A stretch of 55,941 nucleotides of DNA, filler included, from Dirinaria sp. TL-2023a (lineage: Eukaryota): NCBI GenBank assembly GCA_051941275.1. It is 4 parts of 4 records of this genome, joined end to end, with 100 filler letters (N's around TTAATTAATTAA, not from the genome) between each part and the next. Parts side by side here need not be neighbours in the genome. Positions count along the whole stretch, not along the records: positions 14,027 to 27,944 come from JAVEBF010000640.1; positions 28,045 to 41,960 come from JAVEBF010000641.1; 2 more parts are not named here. The stretch is one strand, 5' to 3'. The position numbers were made by a program, and so were the translations under genes. The notes under the pieces were generated by a model, which was not told where the DNA came from, did not search any database, and worked only from the letters and a program-made list of their open reading frames with translations. Positions 23,209 through 36,415 of the stretch are shown here, piece after piece (position 1 is the stretch's first letter; the number at the start of each line of letters is the position of its first letter).

Positions 23209-24326
23209 AGCTGTAGCTTCGATTAGTCTTTTTCTCAGAAGCTCACACGCTTGCTACTTCAGCTTAATTCTGTCAGTCGAAGAGCGTCTTTCCAAAAGAG
23301 AAGTATCTGAGCAGGCTGAGCTTTAGGTACGATACTACGTCATAGAACAGCAGATACCTTAAAATAGATAGCAGTAGTAACACTAGCATAGCAAATTGTA
23401 GAGCACAGACGCTACAGTAATTGGAACTGAATCTTCTACATGATGTCAATTGAAAGGTAGGTGAGTAAAACATGCAGTCTGCGATGCTCTGCGAAATTGG
23501 CTCCTCGTTTACACGCACGCTCGGCCGGCCATGGCTACCTTAGGGCACAATGAGGTATCCAAATCCAAGAGACACTACGTAGGTCTTGCGCTTTGATTCA
23601 GTTGGCCCGTGATGACCCAGATTTGGGAGTACAGATTGGATTTCATCATTGTGATACACGTTATCCAATAGCTCGCTGTAGCTGCGATGACTCCATTTGT
23701 TGTTGTCATCAAATGAAGATTGTCTTGAGGATGATTCAACGTTAGGTACAGTGTGGAGTATAAGCGATGTAATCTGTTACTCGAGACCTAGTACATCATT
23801 GTCAGAGCAATTATACGATTTATCTTTTAACTTACCTTCTTTTTGGAATATCTTCCGAATTGTCAGGCAACGAGTGATTGTGGATTGTCTGAGCTTCATA
23901 GTTCGACAAAGACAACATAAAATTAGGGAAGGAGATTAAACCCTATCCTGCCTTACCTTAACCTTTAACGACTGAGTGTTGACCGGGACGGTTAAGGTAA
24001 GGGATGAAAACAGGTATCTAAGAGCCGAGCGTCGGCATTCGGGCCCATGGGACCGCGCACAACCCTAAACTGCAATGTTAGGGCAAAGATACATTGCAGT
24101 AACGTATTGCGCAAGTTCGTCAGATCTTACAGTATTCAGATATGCCTGGCTGAGTGTCTACACTTTCTCCTCTCTTTTTGAGCGATTTATTGCCTTCAGG
24201 CAGTTGTGCCAACAGTTTGCAATAACCCTGAGGACTCGCTAGCAGCTGCCTACAATTTCTCAGGAAGGCGCATGAAAACTGTCAAGCAGGCTCCAAAGAT
24301 CGCCAAAAGTCTCAAAGCATTTCGAC

Positions 24327-27312
24327 ATGGCTACACCTCAGGCTGGTTATCCCCCATACGGACAGCAAGGTCAAGACCAATACCAGCAAGAGCAATATGT
24401 GGATGGTCCGCAGGACTATGATGGACACACATCCCCTGCGCAAGGCCAGCCAGCTCCAGCTGCTGGAGGTCGAAAGAAGCGCACATACGCAGGTCAAGCT
24501 TATGATTTTGGAGCAGGGGCAAACTCAGCGTTGGGTGGACAGCAGCCAGGAGGTGGAGTCTACCCTGTTCCCGGCGGAGGCTACGCACAATACCCCCAAC
24601 AAACCCAGCAGGAACAGTATCAGCATCCGCCGTACGGTGTAGACCCTCCAGCCCAAGCTCCTGGCTATGGACAAGCTCCTCCGAACGTTGGTGGCTATCA
24701 ACCACCGGCTCCAGGCTATCCTTCACAGCCAGCTCAGCCTATGTCGCCTGTCGGTGGGTTAACGCAAAGCATGGGAAACCTTGGAGTGAGCGGACAGCCA
24801 GCGCAACAACCAGCTCCAACGCCAGCGCGCCCTCAGCTAAATCAATTATACCCCGTAGATTTACTCAATCAGCCTCTGAACGTCAGCGAATTGGATCTTC
24901 CTCCACCGCCCATCGTACTTCCACCAAATGTGAGTTGTACTTTATAGTTGTTGGCACATTACTAAAACTACGCAGTCAAGTGTCACTCCTTCACCAAACT
25001 CTAACTGCCCGCCCAAATACGTTCGTTCGACCCTCAATGCCGTTCCGACAACATATTCATTATTGAAGAAGTCGCGACTACCGTTCGCTTTGGTCATCCA
25101 GCCATATACCTCGTTGCACGATAATGAGGACCCGGTGCCAGTGGTTCCCGATCAGGTGATAGCGAGGTGCCGAAGATGCCGGTCTTACATTAATCCATTT
25201 GCCACCTTTCTCGATCAGGGGCATCGGTGGAGATGCAACATGTGCAACCTTACCAATGAGGTGCCTCAGGCTTTCGATTGGGACGCAACAACCCAAAAAC
25301 AACTTGACAGGTGGCAGCGGCCCGAGCTTAACTATTCAGTCGTAGAATTTATTGCACCCCAAGAATACATGGTCAGACCCCCGCAACCACTCGTCTACCT
25401 CTTCCTCTTTGATGTGAGCTACGCTTCAGTCACAAGTGGTCTACTTGCTACAGGCGCCCGCACTATTCTCGAGAGCCTCGATCGGATCCCAAATGCTGAT
25501 AGACGGACTCGAATTGGTTTCATAGCAGTCGACTCAAGTCTTCACTATTTTTCTATTCCTCGCGACGGTGCTGAGAATATGGAGACGAGCATGTTGGTCG
25601 TCAGCGATTTAGAAGAACCTTTCATGCCCACGCCTAATGATCTATTGGTGAATCTGTTTGAAAGCCGTGAATGTATTGAGAACTTTCTTGGAAAATTACA
25701 AGAAATGTTTGCAAGTACACAGAACGGTGGATGTTGCATGGGATCTGCCTTGAGAGCTGGCCACAAGCTCATCTCTCCAATAGGTGGCAAAATCACTGTT
25801 CTCACTGCAAGCCTACCAAATATGGGAAGCGGAAAGCTTGAGATGAGAGAAGATAAGAAGATACTTGGGACGAGCAAAGAGAGCAGTCTCCTCCAGACCG
25901 GGAGCAGTTTCTATAAAAGCTTTGCGGTGGAGTGCTCGAAGAATCAAGTATCGATAGATATGTTTTTGTTCTCATCACAGTACCAGGATGTAGCTTCGCT
26001 GAGCAATCTGCCACGATATACTGGAGGCCAGACGTATTTCTATCCTGGATGGAATGCAGCAAGGAGCGAAGACGCGATCAAGTTCGCTCGCGAGTTCTCC
26101 GACTATCTTTCGGCAGAGATCGGGCTTGAGGCAGTGCTGCGTGTCCGAGCGACCACGGGTCTGCGGATGAGCACTTTCTACGGCAATTTCTTCAATCGAA
26201 GCTCCGATCTTTGCGCATTCCCTGCATTTCCTCGAGATCAGAGTTACGTAGTGGAGGTGGCCATCGACGAATCTTTGACGAAAAGTGTCATCTGTCTGCA
26301 AAGCGCTGTTTTGCACACTACCTGCAACGGGGAGAGGAGAATACGTGTCATGACTCTTGCGCTACCAACCACGCAGAGTCTCGCGGATATGTATGCTTCG
26401 GCGGATCAAGGGGCCATCACAGCATTCTATAGCCATAAAGCGGTAGAGCGTGCGCTTGGCAGTGGCCTCGAGGCTGCTCGTGACGCCATCCAGGCGAAAA
26501 TGGTGGAGCTCCTGCAGACATATCGAAAGGAACTTGCTGGCGGCAATATGGGCAGTGGTGGTTTACAATTTCCTGCGAACCTTCGCTGCTTACCCGTACT
26601 GTTTCTGGGGCTCATGAAGAATGTATGTCCTGCTGTTCGAAGGACCCAAGACATATGGCGGAAGCTAACGACTCGCAGATTGGCCTCCGGAAGTCTGCTC
26701 AAATCCCGAGTGACATGCGATCAGCCGCCTTATGCCAGCTCTCGACCCTTCCGCTCCCTCTTCTGCTGCAGTACATCTACCCCAAGTTCTACTCCTTACA
26801 CGACATGCCCGACGATGCCGGCTTGGCAGACGAACGGACCGGCATGATCGTCCTTCCTCCGGCCATCAATCTATCGTCCGCAACTCTTGTACCTTACGGC
26901 CTGTATCTCATCGACGACGGCCAGACTCAATTCTTGTGGGTTGGTAGGGAAGCTGTGCCCCAGCTAATTGAGGACGTGTTCGACAAGACGGACCGATCAC
27001 AGCTGAAGGTGGGCAAGCAAACGCTGCCTGTGCTCGAAAACGACTTCAATGAGCGCGTTCGGGCAATCGTTGAGAAGAGCCGGGATCATAAGTCTCGCGG
27101 GGTTGGTAGTATCGTTGTCCCGCATCTGTACGTCGTTCGCGAGGACGGGGAGCCTGGCATGAGGCTGTGGGCTCAGACGATGCTTGTCGAGGATCGGGCC
27201 GACCAAGGCGTGAGTTTGAAGCAGTGGCTAGGCATGATGAGGGAAAAGGTGAGGAGATCCACCGCTGGGGTGCATTTGCACTGACTAATTGGTTTGTCAG
27301 GTCGTACAGTGA
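24327..27312 (+). CDS. SEC24: COPII coat subunit Sec24, ~943 aa, 4 exons (24327-24929, 24976-26622, 26679-27248, 27301-27312)
   Basis: P/Q/G-rich N-terminus, zinc finger [12 protein letters not shown]...WRCNMC, trunk [22 protein letters not shown], gelsolin-like YLIDDG. Three GT-AG introns restore the frame; the protein ends EKVVQ*. Confidence 0.96.
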
Positions 27313-27944
27313 AAGCACACTTATATTCGGAAAAGCATCCAGCTTTTGGCATCGCGATCGAAGCAGGATGTCCAAAATGTCCAGGACTGAGACCATCCTA
27401 CAGTACTGGTCCTGTGTCTTGGTCTTCCCCTTCCTGTTCCTGCCTTTCTGGGACACAAGGATTGGCAGGACTGCAAAGACCAGAGCTGATTAGTTCAAAC
27501 TGAAGATGGTTTGGTGTGCTTGGCGAGTCCTGCTGTCTCCTGCTCTCCTGCATGGTCGGGTCTCTCGGTAGCGCTAGGAGCGCCGGTCTTGGCAGCACCA
27601 CTGGAGATAAATAAGTAGGTATTGGAGGCGATATTAATAAGGTAATGTATCTGTAGAGTAACTGACAGACTCTGGTACTCGTACCACATTCTCCGATGAA
27701 TCAGTCGCCGTGCGTGTGTGAAACATCCCAATGAAACATCAGAAACTTTTTTATAATGATCACGGTCTACCTATCATCGCAAGCGGACTTCGTCAAATTT
27801 GGCACTGTGATATGGAATGTTGGGGTTTTAATTGGCGGTGACTTGCTGGCCGGCGCTTATTATTGACGAGGCCCTTCCGCTTGCATCGCTCACTACTGCA
27901 CCTTATTTGACCAGCTTGGTAAAGTAACTGCAGACTCTCCCCCC

Positions 27945-28044
27945 NNNNNNNNNNNNNNNNNNNNNNNNNNNNNNNNNNNNNNNNNNNNTTAATTAATTAA
28001 NNNNNNNNNNNNNNNNNNNNNNNNNNNNNNNNNNNNNNNNNNNN
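27945..28044. other. Artificial contig spacer (44N-TTAATTAATTAA-44N)
   Basis: Same 100-nt structure as 13927-14026. Confidence 0.97.
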
Positions 28045-30133
28045 CCCACGAACTGTCTGCAAACCCCAAAAGCGGCTACTGGCTCCGATATCCCTTGGTT
28101 CATTCACGAGGCAAAAATCTTGCCGTTGGGTAAGTTTCGTTCGTTCAACAAACTTTTTCCCTGCATGATGGGCTAGTTATATCGAGTCTCGAGTGGACCT
28201 GCGCGGCAGCCGCGATGACTGCGTACGTGCCGTTAGTGCTTCAAGCCGGACGGTTATATTTATATTCTTTAAGGTGCTGGGATTCGAAGTATTGGCTTAG
28301 TTGAGCTTGTTGTTTTTGGCGATTGTGTCCACTTTCCTAGTATGATTTGCTTTCATAGATTTTTTTTTTTTTGATTTCTTTCATTTTTAGGCAAACACCA
28401 GGGTGCCTCTATGTATTGGCTTATCCCATAGATCGATTTTCATTCCTCATAGGTCATCTATATTAGACATTTTTCCACTAATAGATCTGTAGTCTGATCA
28501 TAAGTGTTAGGGTCGCGCCATGAATGGTACCCAGAAGCGGTTATGTAGAGCATGATTCGGCTTGTGTTGCTGTTAGCACATTGGAGGGGGCTGTTGCGAA
28601 GCGTTCGGAGATTGTCGTCTTAGTCATGCACCATCTACATATGTAAGGAGAGGTGTTATAAGGTAAGGCATTGTTTAACATGGCGGCCCCACGTAGGAGG
28701 GATGCTACATGTATGATAGCACAGTGCGCTACGTTTCAAAGCGCTGGCCCGATGGATAAGATGTAATTGCCATCTTTTCAAATCAGCCGAAGGTACTACA
28801 ATGCCGTAATTGCGAGTGTACTCGTACAGCGCCCTTAGAACTGCATGTTCGGTCAGTTCGATTTTATTTCTCCCCTTCGTAGCCCACTGGGTATCGGGAC
28901 TGGTCTGGAGCCGGTCTGCTTTTCAGGCGCTATGATTGTAGATTTGCCTATTCTCGATGACTCCTGACTTTTTCTGCTTCTTCGTCTTCGTCTGCTCGCC
29001 ATTGGTAGAGCCGTGACAAGCGGGAAAGAGCCGAGGCTATTTCATCATTCTGCAAAGTACGATGCATGGCCTTACTGAGCTCTCGCACCGGCGTTGACTT
29101 CAATCGAAGACGATAAACTAGAACATTGCATCAGCAAGGTTGACAAAACATGCAATTTACCTTCTCCAACCCGGCCTTTGATTCGTTCGAGGTATCTACG
29201 AGTGTATGTGTTCTTTCCACCACTTCATGATCCGTATTCTAGACAACGCAGATACTGTCGATGTTTGAAATTGGTCGTTGGAGTTTTTCTTCCTTGTGAA
29301 GATTCATTTAGAGACTAGAACCTTTGCATCTGTGATTTAGGTGCCGCTGCTGTAAGAATCGCGTTTAGTACCACGAGCATTGAAAACTTTGTTGTACGGC
29401 TTGGAAATGCTTGCGTAGCATTCGATCAAAGGTACAGAATATGGTTCGGCACTAGGAAGTTTATCCAACATTAAGCTGACTAATCATTTAATTGTTCCGT
29501 CGCCGTCCGGTGCGAAGTTCCTATCTTATGTGGAAGATTCCCTGTAGTCGGTCCGTGGATCCGAATTCGAGACCAAGCGTTTTGAATTATGAATCCTTCC
29601 AATCCATGAGACTCAGCATAACGTGAGCTGGCAAGAAATTTATCAGCTCCGTACTATCAACATTTTGCCATCATCAATATAACATGGATCAAATATTTGA
29701 TGTCAGTGGCTCAGGCGGCATTGATGGGTCCGGCTCTTGGTTAGAGATTAAAAGAGGATGTAAGCACTATGTAGACGGGAATTTAGATACAACTTGAAGA
29801 GAGGATCGAGTAGTAGTCGTCAGCGCTTTCGAGGTTCTTTGGAGAGCGAGCTTTGACCTTAGAACGCTGATCTCCTGACTGGATTCGTTGGCTGGAATCG
29901 TTTACAAGGATGTCGGATTCTGATCCTATACTCGAGTAGCCTTGAATGCGGATCCCACTTCAGGCACCTTTACACTAAGGCCAGGCACAGAGGTGAAGAT
30001 GGTTTCGACTTTCGAGAATCGCAAGCACTACCAAATTAGGGTCTAGGGTAATCCTCCGGGCCGAACCTTCGGAGGTTTCCGCCTGAAACCTTCCTGTACT
30101 CTACAACTGGGCACTAGAGCCAGGGTAGTAGAG

Positions 30134-30164
30134 TACGGACTACGGACCTACGGTCTACGGAGTA
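30134..30164. repeat. Tandem TACGG motif cluster
   Basis: TACGGAC TACGGAC CTACGGTC TACGGAGTA. The complementary form CCGTACTCCGTACTCCGTAC occurs at ~35231-35250. Confidence 0.6.
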
Positions 30165-32330
30165 CTGGCCGAGAGGACCGGCCTAAGGTAAGTCTTCCCG
30201 GCGCCCAAACTTAAAAAACAGTCAAAACCCACTCTTATCGTCCGCGTTCGAACGTCTCGTGCAGAGTGATGAGGATCACAGTCTCATTGAAGCATATTTG
30301 TCAATAGCCAAAGGAAGCACGCGTGGAATGCCTTCCTCAGCATCTTCCCACCCAAGTTTCCATTCTGGTCCGCGGGATTTCTGGCCTTGTGCAAGGGGAA
30401 GGCGGCCCGATGCATGGAAATGTTGATTGTTCAATATTACACCTTGAGCACGACAGCTTGATAAAGTATCTCGATTATGGTCGTGACATGATGGACTGAT
30501 TTACCACTGCCTGATGGGCACGGAAATTGGAGAAAGCATGGTGTGTGTGTCTGTGTCGTGGAATCCTGTTCCATTGCCTCGGTTCTTATCGTACTTTCAT
30601 ACATATACACACCTCGTGCCACGCCACCATGTGTGGGTGTACGATCTGACCATATCCATCATCCATAGGCTGATCATACATCGAAATCTGATATGGCATG
30701 CGGCATCTCTCATTATCTCTGTGGAGTGCACATGGGCAGGCGTAGGGCTGGCGAGTCCCGGGAGTCCGGAGGTACGTATTTTGACGAGAAGCACCAATCC
30801 CTGCTTTGCATAGCAAGATGATGAAACGTATGCATACGAACGAGCCACCCCGTGTGTTTCTGGATACGTATTCTGCCAAAGGAATATTGATAGATCCTGC
30901 CTTCCTGATGTTGAGGTAGTGAATAGGAACACCAGGCTCCCCCGTGATCGCAAGCAGCCATGCTGCTAGCCGAAGCGCTCCACTCGCACGTACCACACGG
31001 GCTCCGCCCGAAACAAATGGCAGCGTCTTCGTACCATGTAGCTCGAGTCAGGAAGCCGTTATGTCCGCCGTCCAAGATGCACACGGTCCCTCCTCTGCTG
31101 CTTGCGGTGGCAATCGTAGTTCTGTGGCGAGTTGTTTTTTTGGCACGATATACATTCGCGCGCATACCTTGATCCTGGTCATCTACGTCAACCACAAACG
31201 TACTGCGGCAGATTTTATGACGATGACATTCACCTCGCGACGGATATGGAGGTACTGGAGACATGCAACTGTCTACATTGCCCCAAGATCTGAAAATTGC
31301 TCGATCAATACTTACGCGTATCAACGAACGTTGAAAGTGCTCTGATATCTTTGAGTAATGTGTAGATATAAGTATATTGGAAAGCTCTCGTTCATGAGGC
31401 TAGGAGCTCAATACCCGATCGCATAAACTGCCTAAGGTAAGGTAGGTAAAGTAGATCCTATACCGTGGGTTAAGGTAACCCTTGCCGGCTAGACGCGGCT
31501 AATACCCCTGGTGAAATTTTCATCTTTGTCACATACTCACAGCAATCAACCCACGAGAGGTCGGAGGGAAATCCATTAGGATGTCGATGATCCCTTCCTT
31601 TGGTGCGGCTGCATGCATAGGTCAGGTGAGTGAGTGATCTTCGAATGAAGCCAGCGCCCAGTGGTGAGAAGAGGGGAAGCAGAATAATGGTCAGCTATTC
31701 ATGTGTAGGCCGATCTCACAATATAGGCAAGATCATAATCTCAAAATCTCCGCATCTTGGCATTAAAAGACCTTTCCTTTTTTCTTTTTCTTTTGCAGAT
31801 CCTTACTATTGAACAACAAATCACTAGTCGGACAACAAATCAAGTCAGATGACTCTCGACTGCCTATCCCCATCCTGCGGCACGGCTCACAGCCAAGGGC
31901 TGGCCTCGGCACCAAGACAAGGTGTGAACCACTACTGCCGGCGGCTGGGGTGCAACCACTGTCAACATTGCGCTCGTAGACCATTGTCTGGTTTAGTATC
32001 GTAAGCTGCTGCGGCAGCCTCCTTAGCTACGTGGCTGGCCGCGCGGGAATAAGGGATGTGTACTGTCCCGCAGCAAGTCTCGGCTCTGTGGACTGCCATG
32101 AATCCATGGACCGTTGGACCAAAGGATTTTGGAGCTGTTACACAATTGCTTTTGGCTCCGCGCGATGGAATCGGCGGTGGAGCTTGAAGAAGTAGGTGCC
32201 GATGGGCGCCACACATCAGCACAAGGTGTGTCTGTAACAGGTCCCAGCTTTTATATAAAGTCTGGTGCCCGACTGCCCATATGTTAAGAGATGGGAAAGA
32301 TTTTCCGAGCAACCTGGACCAAAAAGGGCC

Positions 32331-34212
32331 ATGATGTTCCACCCTATCAAGCTCGGCAACTACGCCATCCATTTCGCCCTATTTGTTCATCAATTGAGCG
32401 TTCTAGTCCTTGCGGCCGCTACTGGTCCGTCCCTACCAACCGTTGACCTTGGCTACTCTCTCTATCGGGCCACTGCGCTGAACGTGAGCCATTCATTGCT
32501 TTAGTCAGTCGTCAGCGTAGGACGAGCTCGCTGACTATGCGCAGGAAAGTGGCGCATACTACAACTTCTCTAATATCCGTTATGCTGCTCCTCCCACAGG
32601 TGACCTTCGCTTCAGAGATCCAGCACCTCCACTCGTCGACCGCACACAGGTTTTTGATGGAACACTTGGGCATTTTTGTCCGCAGACGCCTGTAGCATGG
32701 ATTCTTCGGGCTTTCAAAAATCTCGGTCCGGACCTCAGTCTCTTTGCAACTCAAAATACAAGTCAAACGCCGAGCGAAGACTGTCTGTTCCTGGATGTCA
32801 TTAGTCCGGTGAAGGTTTTCAACAACGCTAAAGGAGGCCGGCGAAATCTCGCGCCTGTACTGGTGAGCATACACGGTGGTGGATTTTTTCAAGGAAGCAA
32901 GAATGCCCACAATGAGGCAGGCCTCTTGCAAAGAGGTGACAATGGGTTTATTTTCGTTGCCATGAATTACCGGGTGAGCTTCTTCTATCTGCGGAGGAGA
33001 AGCAATACTCACAGATTTTAGCTTAGTGCTTTTGGATTCCTTTCGGGCCTGGAGGAGTCTGGGGCCAATGTTACTTCCCCTAACGCGGGTCTCTTAGACC
33101 AACGTGCCGCCCTAAAATGGGTAAGGACGTACATCCATCTCTTTGGCGGCGATCGAAACCAGGTAACCATTCTCGGAGAGTCCACCGGCGGTGGTTCGGT
33201 TCAATATCACACCACGGCTTATGGCGGCTTGGAGCCTGAAGAGAACTGCTTATTCAAGCAAGCAATCGCGCAGAGTCCAAACATATACATAGACGATCCG
33301 AAGATCAAGAGTGAGGCTGCAAATCTGTTCTTGCAGGCCGCTGGAGCTACTTCTGTGGACGAAGCAAGAAAGGCGTCCACTGAAGTCTTGCAGGCGGCCA
33401 TCGCAAAAGCTCAGCTGTCAGCACCATTCACGGATTTAGTTTTTGGTAAGAGCTCCGAGGAGCAAACTTGAATTCGTTAGCAAGAGACTGACTTCACCAA
33501 GCCCCCTCGGTGGATGGGGCATTCGTGCCTGACCTCCCGGGACGCTTGTACAGTGAAGGAAGATACATCAAATCGCTGAACGTATTATCCGCACATGTTG
33601 CGAACGAGGTACCGAAGCCCTTGTCAGGTTAGCTGCAATGAACTACAGATGAGAGTTAATCAATGTTCACAGGGATACTTCTTTACAGACCCGACAGCCA
33701 CCACCGACAGCGACTATGACAACTTCATCAAGCAAAAATTTCCATCTGCTTCACCGGCAGTTCAATCTTACATCATCAATCAACTCTACCCCCCCATATA
33801 CAACGGCAGTCAACCATACAAGACACCGCTCGAGCGCATCACACTCACCATAGGTGATTTAATCATCAACTGCAACGCGTACGCTCTGCAGCGCGCCTAC
33901 AAAACCCGGGGCATTCACAGCTACATCTTCAGTATTCCTCCAGCCGTGCATGCCCAAGATCTCGCGTACACGTTCTATCCCGATAACGAAAAACAAACGA
34001 TTGTGCCCATTGCACTGGATATTCAACAGTACCTTGTTCAATTCATTCGCACAGGCAATCCGAACCGTGACGGGCTTGCTCCGTTTCCTGCCTATGGGAA
34101 CCAGAAGGCAGTGCTGAATTTCACAACCGAGGGGGTCGAGGCGGCGGTCGAGACGGCGGCCAATAGTCGGTGCGATTATTGGCTGCGGGGGGCATACCAA
34201 CCAAAAGCATAA
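32331..34212 (+). CDS. Secreted carboxylesterase type B / lipase (alpha/beta hydrolase), ~550 aa, 5 exons
   Basis: Motifs PTVDLGY, NIRYAAPPTGDLRF, SEDCLFLDV, IHGGGF, NYR, NAGLLDQ, FGGD, nucleophile elbow GESTG, acid NEG and HAQDL. Introns 32484-32544, 32974-33021, 33446-33501 and 33609-33672. TATATAAA at ~32252. Confidence 0.93.
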
Positions 34213-36415
34213 GGTAATACCGGGTTTCAAGACCTCTTGCGGGGTGGGCGGGTTTTGGTGACGATGATTAGACAGAATGTAAGATACACTAATTGGGTCG
34301 TTTTAGCACAGTCGCATCATCAGAGTCATAGCGGAAATACTGAAGATTTCACTGGAGTGGCTTAGGTAAGAAAAAAACATTGACTGGAACACTGTCATGT
34401 TCGCATTTATTATTGCGAGGAAAAAAAAAACGAGAGAGAATAATAGTCTGCGACACAAAATGCGCGCTTATGTACGCTCTGCATGCACCATGTCAGGAGA
34501 TGCCTCAGAATCACATGTGTCTGACAGAGAGCATCATAAACCCCATCTGGAAGTCAGGTAGCACACTCGGTATCCATTCTCCGGTCCATACAGTATCTTC
34601 GCTTCACGAGCTCCATCACACCTACCACCAAGAACACCAAATTGCTCATCTTCACCACGTACATACCTTGGATGTGTGAGGTATTCAAGAAGCTCGCTTA
34701 TCGTGACGTCTGGTTGGGTTTCCCAGCATCTGCGGTGCCTGCGCGTATGTAATGTACATGTAGAAGGCAAGCATTAAACTGTACGATAGTCGCAGACAAA
34801 CACAGATATTTGGGTTCGAGAAAAAGCAAGGTACGGAGCAAGAGTACCCATGATCGCGGTCCAAACTCTGCAACCTTGCTGCGTATCTTGCTCAGAAGTA
34901 GGAGACCAGGTCGTCGATCCAAGCAATGGGGATCCTGGGCATGGGGGGTTGTGCGCACGGACTCTCTCTCTCTCTCTCTCAATCCGACCCCGCCTTTTTT
35001 CCCCATTTTCTCGGTAGCATGTCCGGATTGGGATGGGATTTGCTGACATGCCTTGCCTATCAGGGAGGGGGGAATGGGTATGTGCTTTGTGAGTGGGCAG
35101 GGCAATGATAAGCAAGCGCTGGAGGGCTTTGATATCTCACGTACCTATGGGTTCAAGGCTGCAGTGATGGCATGTTCATCACCTCTCTGTAAGAGCAGAG
35201 TAGACGAGCGAGGTAAGCTTAAACGCAACCCCGTACTCCGTACTCCGTACATATAGGCTGACGCCATAATTTAAGATTAAAAAGGTCCTGGCTAGCACTC
35301 TGATAGCAAGCGACGACTACCTAGGTACCTTATCGTCACTGTGGATGGGGCTTTGTTTCTCCGCGAAGCCTACATTAAGGCATCTTTAATCAGTCAGCTG
35401 GAGGTTTAAGTACCATAACGCTACTTTAGTCGGACTTTCATTTTCAACGGCCCGGCCTCGTCCCGTTCCCCCACCTCGCTCGCTCGAGGCACGGAGTACC
35501 CCAACGGTTCCCTCGGTTTTCGGCTTGGCTTGGCGCCGTTGTGTGGAGGAATGTAGGCGCGCTCGGCGCGGATAGGTCCGGAGGGCTGAGGCTTGACCTC
35601 TTTTGGTTTAATGAATGGTGAGTAATTTAGTGAGTGGTGATTTGAACGGACTACGACTGTACATCTTCCATAACTTGAAGATAACTTGGAGGGAGAGAAA
35701 ATCTTTGAGTCATCTGCAAAGGGCGTACTTCACTCGGGTTCAAGACCATTCATCGAGATGATGAGTTGACGACTGGGTATGTACCTCGTACTGGCTTATT
35801 TCAATAATCGCAGATTCTACCTCTCCTTATCCTTGAACACATACATCAACAATTCGTGAACCCGTGCTTTTCTGGGATACATATTATTGTATGCGAAAGG
35901 GGCGCTGCGATGTTCGGTTGTCCGAGAAATCTTGCTTGGTAATTTGTAATGGGGGCTTTGCTGAGATGTAAGATACCACACGAATGAACTCTTTTTTCCC
36001 TCAACGTTTTGATTTTTTCGGAATTTGTTGAGTGTAGTAGGTGGAGGCTTTGGCTGGGGTGGTATGTGGCAGCCTAGCTCAACGACTTATAGGCAAATTC
36101 ATTTGCCTTCTGAGCGGAGAAGTGGGGTTGAAATGTGGGAATCCGGGAGGGAATTGCTGGTGACTGAAAGTGAGGAATTGTGTCCCGTCACATGCCAGTG
36201 ACTTCTGAGTGGCGGCCGAGAGTATTTCTTAAAGCCTGATATCCTCTTCGTCATTTATTCTCAAGATCTTTCAATTCGGAAGCACGAAAACCAACAAACA
36301 CATCTCAATCTGTCGCTCGCTCCCGCCATCTGAAAACTTGCACTCCCATAATCACGTCGCTTAAACAGAAGTCCATCATCATCACTGGTATCAGTGCTGC
36401 CAGTAAGTCGCACTT

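Noticed and set aside
30437..31345. Stack of overlapping ORFs up to 203 aa
   Set aside because: No recognisable domain or splice structure, and open frames on both strands suggest chance.
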